From sequence record SRR20825019_354: a stretch of DNA of 64,000 bases; one strand, 5' to 3'. The notes beneath the pieces were generated by a model. It worked only from the letters and a program-made list of their open reading frames with translations, was not told where the DNA came from and did not search any database. Made by a program: the position numbers and the translations under genes. This document shows positions 56,581-64,000 of this stretch, one piece after another (the first letter of the stretch is position 1; every line of letters begins with the position of its first letter).

Positions 56581-58509
56581 ATGAATTTATTCGAGAAACT
56601 CGGCTTAAACGCCGAAATCGTTAACGCCGTTAACGATATGGGATTCACTGAACCTAGTGAAGTACAAGAAAAGGCCATCCCAATCCTATTAGAAAAAGAC
56701 ACAGATATTGTTGCGTTAGCGCAAACAGGTACTGGTAAAACTGCTGCTTTTGGTTTTCCTTTAATCCAAAAGATTGATCCTGGATACAAGAAAACTCAAG
56801 GGTTAATCCTGTCTCCAACACGTGAGCTTTGTCTTCAAATTACAAATGAGCTTCAAAATTACTCTAAATATGTAAAGGGATTAAATCCTGTTGCAGTTTA
56901 TGGTGGCGCTAGCATTACAGAACAAGCTAAGCAAATAAAACGTGGTGCTCAGATTATTGTTGCTACGCCTGGTCGTATGCAAGATATGATAAGACGTGGT
57001 TTAGTTGACATTTCTGAAATACAATATTGTGTTTTAGATGAAGCAGATGAGATGTTAAATATGGGTTTCTATGATGATATCACAGAAATTCTTTCTCACT
57101 CACCAGAAGATAAATTTACTTGGTTATTTAGTGCAACAATGCCTAAAGAGGTAGCCCGAATTGCTAAAGACTTTATGAATAATCCTGTTGAAATTACAGT
57201 AGGATCTAAAAATAAAGGTACAGAAAACGTATCTCACGAGTATTACCTAGTTGGTGGTCGTGACCGTTATAAAGCATTAAAGCGTTTATGTGATGCAAAC
57301 CCAGAGATTTTCTCTGTTATATTTTGCCGAACAAAACGTGATACTCAAAAAGTTGCAGAGCAATTAATACAAGATGGCTATAGCGCTGGCGCTATACACG
57401 GTGATTTAAGTCAAAACCAAAGAGATTTGGTAATGCGTAGTTTCCGTACACGCCAAATACAAATGCTTGTAGCTACAGATGTTGCTGCTCGTGGTATAGA
57501 TGTAGATGATATTACTCACGTAATTCATTACACGCTTCCAGATGAGCCAGAAGTATATACGCACCGTAGTGGTCGTACTGGTCGTGCAGGAAAAAGTGGT
57601 ACTTCTATGACTATTGCTACAAAAAGCGAAATGCGTAAGATTAAAGCTATTGAAAAACGCATACAACGTAACTTTGAGCGTAAAGATGTTCCTGATGGTG
57701 AAGAAATTTGCCAAGTTCAATTATTTCACCTTGCAAGCCAGATTAAGGATACAGAAATAAATCATGCTATTGATAAGTATGTACCTCAATTAGAAGAAGA
57801 ATTAGGTGATTACACTAAAGAAGAACTTATTAAAAAGTTTTTCTCTGTTGAATTTACAAGATTCCACAATTACTATAGTAAGGATAGCATAAGCCAAGTA
57901 TCTGCAGACAATCGTGATTATAGTGAAGGAGACTCAGACAGTGTTCGTTACTTTATTAACGTTGGTGGTAAAGATGGTTTTGATTGGATGTCTTTAAAAG
58001 ACTTCTTAAAAGAACAATTAGATTTAGATCGTGATGGCGTTTATAAAGTAGATGTTAAAAACACCTTCTCATTCTTTAATACAGATGCAGACAAGCTGGA
58101 TAAGGTTATGGAAGTATTTGCAGATATGACTCACGAAGGTCGTAGTGTAAATGTTGAAGTAACTAAAGACAAAGGTGGCTCTGGTGGCGGCGGTGGTCGT
58201 AGATCTGGTGGTGGCGGTCGTCGTTCTGGCGGTGGTGGCTTTAAAGGAAAAGGCGGCGGTGGTCGTCGTTCTGGAGGAGACAGAAGTAAAGGCTCTAGAG
58301 ATGGCGGTGGCTTTAAAGGTAAGCGCAGAAGTAGTGACAGCGATAGAGGCGACAGCGGAAGAGACAGAAAAAAATCTTCAAGACGCAGTAGCGATTCTTC
58401 TAGCAGAAGCTCAAGCCCTAAACGAGAAAGATCTTCTGAAGGCAGCGGAAGCACGAGAGCAGAAAATGTTAAAAGCTCTATAAGCAGAAGACGTTCTAGA
58501 CGTAAATAA
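56581..58509 (+). CDS. DEAD-box RNA helicase with DbpA-like RNA-binding domain and Gly/Arg/Ser-rich tail
   Basis: AQTGTGKT, PTREL, DEAD, SAT, ARGID, HRSGRTGRAG. Confidence 0.95.
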   Translation: MNLFEKLGLNAEIVNAVNDMGFTEPSEVQEKAIPILLEKDTDIVALAQTGTGKTAAFGFPLIQKIDPGYKKTQGLILSPTRELCLQITNELQNYSKYVKGLNPVAVYGGASITEQAKQIKRGAQIIVATPGRMQDMIRRGLVDISEIQYCVLDEADEMLNMGFYDDITEILSHSPEDKFTWLFSATMPKEVARIAKDFMNNPVEITVGSKNKGTENVSHEYYLVGGRDRYKALKRLCDANPEIFSVIFCRTKRDTQKVAEQLIQDGYSAGAIHGDLSQNQRDLVMRSFRTRQIQMLVATDVAARGIDVDDITHVIHYTLPDEPEVYTHRSGRTGRAGKSGTSMTIATKSEMRKIKAIEKRIQRNFERKDVPDGEEICQVQLFHLASQIKDTEINHAIDKYVPQLEEELGDYTKEELIKKFFSVEFTRFHNYYSKDSISQVSADNRDYSEGDSDSVRYFINVGGKDGFDWMSLKDFLKEQLDLDRDGVYKVDVKNTFSFFNTDADKLDKVMEVFADMTHEGRSVNVEVTKDKGGSGGGGGRRSGGGGRRSGGGGFKGKGGGGRRSGGDRSKGSRDGGGFKGKRRSSDSDRGDSGRDRKKSSRRSSDSSSRSSSPKRERSSEGSGSTRAENVKSSISRRRSRRK

Positions 58510-58522
58510 TCATAAATATTAA

Positions 58523-58560
58523 AATGCCTTGCAACAATTACTTTGCAAGGCATTCTTTTT
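58523..58560 (+). terminator. Intrinsic terminator
   Basis: AATGCCTTGCAA...TTGCAAGGCATT plus T-run. Confidence 0.85.
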
Positions 58561-58621
58561 AATAACGACTTATTCTATATTTGATACGATTTTTTAGCAC
58601 TAGAGCTTATTTACCTTATTT

Positions 58622-59380
58622 ATGAAAACTTCATTTCCTTTACTTTTACTGTTATTACTTATCGGTTTTATGGCACACTCTCAACAAACCGTAACAGGTA
58701 TTGTACAAAGCGCCTCAAATGATAGGATACTTGAAAATGTAAACATTGTTAACCTTAACCAGGTTAAAGGAGCTACTACCAATGAAAAAGGTGAATTTGA
58801 AATTAGAGCAGAAGTAAATGATACCTTGTATTTTTCATATATAGGTTATAAATCTATTCAAGTAACAGTTTCTAATGACTGGCTTAAGTATGGTGACGTT
58901 AAAGTAAAAATGACAGAGGTTGGTATTGCCTTGGAAGAAGTAACTGTAAGACCTGTACAATTAACTGGTTATATAGAGATTGATGCTAAGAACATTCCTA
59001 TATACAACAACTATCGTTATTCTATTTCTGGTCTTAATACTGGCTATGAAGGTGGAGACAGACAGCCTAGTGCTGTAACTAAAGTCTTAGGCTCTATTTT
59101 TAATCCCGCAGATTTTTTATATAATGTTTTTGGTAAACGTCCAACACAAATGCGTAAGCTTAGACAGATGAAAGAAGATGATGAAATAAGAAATCTTTTG
59201 CAGACTAAGTATGATCGTGAGACACTACAAGCGCTACTACAAGTAAGCCGTGTTGATATCGATGAGATTTTAAGAAACTGCAACTACTCCAAAGATTTTA
59301 TAAGCACCGCAAACGACTTACAGATACTAGATGCTATTTCTGGTTGTTATGAGGAATACAAAGTGCTGAAAAGAGATTAA
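58622..59380 (+). CDS. Carboxypeptidase-like regulatory domain secreted protein
   Basis: Signal peptide; GATTNEKGEF, FSYIGY, LEEVTV. Confidence 0.8.
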   Translation: MKTSFPLLLLLLLIGFMAHSQQTVTGIVQSASNDRILENVNIVNLNQVKGATTNEKGEFEIRAEVNDTLYFSYIGYKSIQVTVSNDWLKYGDVKVKMTEVGIALEEVTVRPVQLTGYIEIDAKNIPIYNNYRYSISGLNTGYEGGDRQPSAVTKVLGSIFNPADFLYNVFGKRPTQMRKLRQMKEDDEIRNLLQTKYDRETLQALLQVSRVDIDEILRNCNYSKDFISTANDLQILDAISGCYEEYKVLKRD

Positions 59381-59394
59381 TTAATTATGTTATA

Positions 59395-59916
59395 ATGAAA
59401 ATCATTAGCTTTTATCTTTTTGTAATTGGTCTTTTTATTTTTTCTTGTAAAGAAGATAAAAAATCTATTGAAACTGAACGTTCTATTACTTCTGAAACTT
59501 TAATAGATTCAACTAGCGTTAGTGATCTCAACACAACAGCTTTTGATTGGCTTTTGGGAAAATGGCAACGCACCAATGAGCAAAAAGAAAATTCTGAAAC
59601 CTATGAGCATTGGGAGAAAATTAATGACTCCTACCAAGGTTTAGGATTTACTTTAAAAGGTAACGATACTATCTGGCAAGAACACATGCAATTATCTAAA
59701 GTTGATAATGCTTGGCAATTAGCTATTAAATCTCCTCAAGAAGAAGTAGCCACACTATTTAAAAACATACAACTTACTAAGGAAGAATTCACTTTTGAAA
59801 ATCCAGATATCTAATTTCCTAATATTATAAATTATATTAATAAAGGGAATACATTTTACGCAAGCGTAAGTGGCAGCGATATGAATATTAAATTTGAGTT
59901 TAAACGATTACAATAG
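59395..59916 (+). pseudogene. DUF6265-like lipoprotein with an internal stop codon
   Basis: FENPDI*FPNIINY... continues in frame for 33 more codons after the TAA at 59812-59814. Confidence 0.65.
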
Positions 59917-59961
59917 TAACCTACTCTACAAAACATACCTACTGCCAATTATTTTTAATTA

Positions 59962-61425
59962 TTACAGTCCACTTATGTAACCGCCGTAAATATCTTTAAA
60001 GCGCATACCATTTGTCATTCTGTATTTACTAAGTTTATTATACTCTACTAATGCCCAAAGGACTAGTTCTTTTATAAAATACAGATCATCTTCATTAACA
60101 TCATCATCTATATGGTTTTCAATTAATGCTTGTAAGGGTTGAATTGAATCTAACTGAGATTTATATTCATCATTTGCAAAATGATCTAAAAGTTCAAACT
60201 TACTTTCTTCAAAAAACCATTCAACTAAATTTTGATAGGGATCTACATCATCTGCTTTCTGAAGCTTTTCAATTTTAGGAAAATATTCAATAAAGATTTG
60301 TTTTGTAGCTCTAGACAATAGTTGCATTGCCACTGCAGCAGAGCCTTCTTGCTCTCCTTCATACACCAATTCAATTTTACCAGTAATACTAGGAATAACC
60401 CCCATAAAATCACTGAATCTTACTGCTGTGGTACCATCACCAGATAATAACATTCTACGTTCTGCTGTACTTAGTAAATTTTCATAAGCAGTTATACTCA
60501 TACGGGCAGAGATGCCACTTTTTATATCTACAAACTCACTTTCCCTTGCTTGAAATGATAGTTCTTCCAATAAATTCTTAGCTATTTCAGGAACATGAAC
60601 GGTGTCTTTTCTTACATCTGCCTTAGCTTCTTGCTGTGTAATGGTTTTAGCAATCTCAACAGTTTCTGGATAATGTGTTAGTATTTGTGACCCTATTCTA
60701 TCTTTTAAAGGAGTTACGATACTTCCTCTATTTGTATAATCTTCAGGGTTTGCCGTAAATACAAATTGTACATCTAACGGCATGCGTAATTTAAATCCGC
60801 GAATTTGAATATCACCTTCCTGTAAAATATTGAATAATGCTACTTGTATGCGCGCTTGTAAATCTGGCAATTCATTAATTACAAAAATGCATCTGTTTGC
60901 TCGAGGAATCATTCCGAAGTGAATAACACGATCATCTGCATAACTTAGCTTTAAATTTGCTGCTTTTATAGGATCTACATCTCCAATTAAATCGGCTACT
61001 GTTACATCTGGTGTTGCTAGTTTTTCAGCAAAACGTTCATCTCTATGAAGCCACGAAACTGGCGTATCATCGCCTTTCTCAGCAATAAGCTCCACTGCAG
61101 TTCTTGAAATAGGATTAAATGGGTCGTCATTAATTTCCGAACCTTCAACAATAGGAATAAATTCATCTAACAAACCAACCATTAAACGCGCCAAACGTGT
61201 TTTTGCCTGTCCGCGTAGTCCTAATAGATTTATATTGTGTTTAGATAAAATTGCACGTTCCAATTCTGGTATTACAGTATATTCATACCCGTGAATACCT
61301 TCAAAAGAATTCTTTCCTGCTTTTATATTTGTTATTAAGTTATCGCGCAGCTCATCCTTTATTGATTTTGACTTGTAGCCTGAAGCTTTAAGCTGGCCTA
61401 ATGTTGTTATATTTTCTTTACTCAT
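59962..61425 (-). CDS. Mg-chelatase-like AAA+ ATPase
   Basis: GLRGQAKT, INELPDL, TANPEDY, LKDRI. Confidence 0.85.
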   Translation of the reverse strand: MSKENITTLGQLKASGYKSKSIKDELRDNLITNIKAGKNSFEGIHGYEYTVIPELERAILSKHNINLLGLRGQAKTRLARLMVGLLDEFIPIVEGSEINDDPFNPISRTAVELIAEKGDDTPVSWLHRDERFAEKLATPDVTVADLIGDVDPIKAANLKLSYADDRVIHFGMIPRANRCIFVINELPDLQARIQVALFNILQEGDIQIRGFKLRMPLDVQFVFTANPEDYTNRGSIVTPLKDRIGSQILTHYPETVEIAKTITQQEAKADVRKDTVHVPEIAKNLLEELSFQARESEFVDIKSGISARMSITAYENLLSTAERRMLLSGDGTTAVRFSDFMGVIPSITGKIELVYEGEQEGSAAVAMQLLSRATKQIFIEYFPKIEKLQKADDVDPYQNLVEWFFEESKFELLDHFANDEYKSQLDSIQPLQALIENHIDDDVNEDDLYFIKELVLWALVEYNKLSKYRMTNGMRFKDIYGGYISGL

Positions 61426-61485
61426 AGTTTATTTTCTCTTTCTGTTTAAAAACCACAGAAACTATTTTAAAATTCTCTCTTGAAT

Positions 61486-61512
61486 GGGTTCTGAATCAAG
61501 TTCAGTATGACA
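61486..61512 (-). repeat. Solo REP-like palindrome of the GIY-YIG-flanking family
   Basis: Minus strand TGTCATACTGAACTTGATTCAGAACCC; CTGAATCAAGTTCAG core identical to the copy at 15422-15436. Confidence 0.7.
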
Positions 61513-61540
61513 AGAGTTTTCGTGTTACGTTACTTTAACC

Positions 61541-62659
61541 TTATCGTATGCGTTTTTTCCTATTCGCCTCATAATCGTGGAAAATCATTTCGCCTAAACC
61601 TTGCAATCCTGTGTAAAATGCTTTCCCTTGATTTGCATCTGTAAACTCATCTACAAATTGCTGTAAATAAGGATCATTAGCTATCATAAAAGTTGTAATA
61701 GGTATTCTTAGCTTTCTAGCTTGTTGTGCCATTGCATAGCACTTATTAACTATATGGGAATCTAAGCCATTACTGTTTTTGTAGTATTGGCCATCTGGCA
61801 ATTGTATACAACTTGGCTTTCCATCTGTTATCATGAAAATTTGTTTGTTGGAGTTTCGCTTTCTGCGCAACATATCCATTGCCAACTGTAAACCAGCCAC
61901 AGTATTTGTGTGGTATGGTCCTACATTTAAATATGGTAAATCTTCAATTTTAATAGGCCAAGCATCATTACCGAACACTAAAATATCTAAGGTATCTTTT
62001 GGGTATCGTGTTGTAATTAATTCTGCTAAAGCCATAGCTACTTTTTTAGCAGGTGTAATACGGTCTTCGCCATATAATATCATTGAGTGAGAAATATCTA
62101 TCATTAACACAGTGCTCATTTGTGCTTTGTACGTAGTATCTTCTACAACAAGATCATTTTCTGTTAAATGAAAATCGCCAATTCCATGATTAATTTGTGC
62201 ATTACGTAAGCTTTCTGTTACCGATACGCGCTCTAAAGCATCTCCAAATTGATAATTCCTAAATTCACCCGTTTGCTCATCTCCAATGCCACTATGCTTT
62301 GTACGATGATTGCCTTGACCGGCACGACGCATTTTTCCAAAAATTTGCTCTAATGCTCGTTTTCGTAAAAGGCGTTCTGTTTTTGATGTAATAGCCATTC
62401 CTCCTTTTTTGTCTGGCTTTACCTCTTCTCGTATGTAGCCTTTCTTTTTAAGGTCTTCAACAAAATCTTCTAAGGTATAATCTTCTGTAGTTAACTCATA
62501 CTCGTCATCTAGTTGCTTCAGCCAATCCATAGCTTCATCAAAATCTCCAGAGGTATGTGTGATAAGCTCTTGAAACACATCAAAAAGACGCTCAAAAGGA
62601 GTTTGCTCTTCTGGGCTATGATGCGTAAAAACAATACCGTTTTTTAAATCCTTTTTCAT
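61541..62659 (-). CDS. VWA domain protein
   Basis: MIDAS motif DISHS, TNT, ITDGKP; upstream of the AAA+ ATPase. Confidence 0.88.
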   Translation of the reverse strand: MKKDLKNGIVFTHHSPEEQTPFERLFDVFQELITHTSGDFDEAMDWLKQLDDEYELTTEDYTLEDFVEDLKKKGYIREEVKPDKKGGMAITSKTERLLRKRALEQIFGKMRRAGQGNHRTKHSGIGDEQTGEFRNYQFGDALERVSVTESLRNAQINHGIGDFHLTENDLVVEDTTYKAQMSTVLMIDISHSMILYGEDRITPAKKVAMALAELITTRYPKDTLDILVFGNDAWPIKIEDLPYLNVGPYHTNTVAGLQLAMDMLRRKRNSNKQIFMITDGKPSCIQLPDGQYYKNSNGLDSHIVNKCYAMAQQARKLRIPITTFMIANDPYLQQFVDEFTDANQGKAFYTGLQGLGEMIFHDYEANRKKRIR

Positions 62660-62755
62660 TTTATTAAAAATACGATATTATGGAAGAAATTACCTCTCTA
62701 ACAATCGTTAAGATTTATAGAAAGATAAGTGGTCATTATTTAACTCAGGTTAAGT

Positions 62756-63613
62756 TTAATTTATAGTTTCTGCGTTTTTTGGCGCTATAAAAATACGTTC
62801 ATTTAATACAGTCTCAGAAATAGTAACATTCTTAAATGTAAGTTCTTTTCGTTCTTCAAAAGGCTTACCTTCTTTAGTACTATACCAAATAAGTGTTTTT
62901 GGTAAGCGCAACCCATTTAAATCCTGCCATTTGTCATATTTTATATAACTATAATCGTTGGAGAGTTTATCTTCTCCATAAGTAACGGTATAGGCAAGCC
63001 ACTCTAACCTGCTAGTTACTTTATCAAGATACATTATGTAATTATCTTTCTCAGACAAACCAACACCCATTGCAAAGAAAGTCTTAATTCCCTTATAGGT
63101 TTTACCTTGTATTTCAATATCAGGAACATCTGTATAAGAGATTCCATTATCTCCTAAAACAAATGGCATAGCATAAAAATAGAACATAAGATTATGATAA
63201 AACTTCACTCTGCCAGAATCAAAAACTGAGTCTTCTTGAGATAGCCAATACTCATTCCCATCATAACCAAGAGCAAACTGTTCTGCTTGTATCTTTGCCT
63301 TTCTACTTTTTAAATCTGTAGTATGAGTTTCTGTACCATTCTTACCATCAATTTGAAAACATAAGTTATTCATGGCATCCCAAGTCGTAATGCCACCGTG
63401 AGCATTAAATATATGCTTAACAGGTTTAGGATATGGTAATTTGGGATGATTCATCTTATGGTCGGAATGATCCATATGTTGATGATCACTTTGTGACATT
63501 GCATCATGATTCATTTTAGAATGATCTACTTGATCAGATTCCTTTTGGTTTTCATTGTTTTTACAACTTAATAAACAACAAGCTGCAGTACATAAATAAA
63601 ATAGTGTCTTCAT
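62756..63613 (-). CDS. DUF6503-like lipoprotein with His/Met-rich N-terminal linker
   Basis: Lipobox LLSC; NAHGG, FYHNLMFYFYAMPFVL. Confidence 0.7.
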   Translation of the reverse strand: MKTLFYLCTAACCLLSCKNNENQKESDQVDHSKMNHDAMSQSDHQHMDHSDHKMNHPKLPYPKPVKHIFNAHGGITTWDAMNNLCFQIDGKNGTETHTTDLKSRKAKIQAEQFALGYDGNEYWLSQEDSVFDSGRVKFYHNLMFYFYAMPFVLGDNGISYTDVPDIEIQGKTYKGIKTFFAMGVGLSEKDNYIMYLDKVTSRLEWLAYTVTYGEDKLSNDYSYIKYDKWQDLNGLRLPKTLIWYSTKEGKPFEERKELTFKNVTISETVLNERIFIAPKNAETIN

Positions 63614-63666
63614 AATACCTGTACTTTGTCTAAAAATACGAGGAATACACGTAATTTTGCAGCACG

Positions 63667-64000
63667 ATGAATAAATTTATTTCCAGCACAAGTAATCCTA
63701 CCTTAAAAAAATTACTTCAGTTACAAGAAAAATCGCGTAACCGTCGTAAGGAAGGTCTTTTTGTAGTAGAAGGTTTAAGAGAGCTTAGGCTTGCCCTTAA
63801 AGGAGGCTATAACATATCTGAAGTTTTCTTCTGCCCAGAATTAGTGTCTGAAGACACTTTAAACAATTTAATTAAAGCGCCTATAAGTTATACTGAATTG
63901 TCTTTGGAAGTTTATCAAAAGGTTGCATATAGAGGCAGTACAGAAGGTGTTATTACAATTGTTAAAACAAAAGCACATCAATTAGTTGATATTAAAACAT
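63667..64000 (+). CDS. TrmH/SpoU family RNA methyltransferase (5' part, truncated by the window end)
   Basis: Manual translation MNKFISSTSNPTLKKLLQLQEKSRNRRKEGLFVVEGLRE...YRGSTEGV. Confidence 0.8.
   Translation, partial: MNKFISSTSNPTLKKLLQLQEKSRNRRKEGLFVVEGLRELRLALKGGYNISEVFFCPELVSEDTLNNLIKAPISYTELSLEVYQKVAYRGSTEGVITIVKTKAHQLVDIKT

Noticed and set aside
58131-58553. Pro/Leu/Ser-rich minus-strand ORF and the overlapping 58175-58483 frame
   Set aside because: Shadows of the Gly/Arg/Ser-rich helicase tail; the GGTGGC repeats are coding low complexity, not a repeat element.

Overview
AT-rich bacterial DNA from a Flavobacteriaceae (Bacteroidota) genome, judged from a T9SS C-terminal domain, TAnnTTTG -7 promoters and lipoprotein-rich gene content. 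The window is mostly core chromosome: mtaB (partial), an M4 metalloprotease, hutI-hutG, a complete his operon with a His-rich leader peptide and attenuator, oxyR, a 5-oxoprolinase (pxpABC) operon, yifB/comM, a YfhO/GT4/flippase cluster, glmM, acpH, ggt (frameshifted), pheT, rdgB, a DEAD-box helicase and an AAA+/VWA pair. I found no rRNA, tRNA, CRISPR array, transposase or prophage. The best novel candidate is at 32650-36230: an unannotated 48-aa acidic lipopeptide gene, a TPR-sensor histidine kinase and a NarL-like regulator. The same TATGG-N5-CCATA palindrome sits at identical spacing upstream of the peptide promoter and of a promoter for a structured non-coding region, which suggests a peptide-signalling (quorum-sensing-like) circuit with an sRNA output. 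Other highlights are a GIY-YIG gene flanked by REP-like palindromes inside the his operon, inverted heptamer arrays in other his spacers, and a sigma54-type promoter driving a tiny RNA that carries a TTGGTTGGTTAGTT motif. All product calls come from motif recognition, not database searches.
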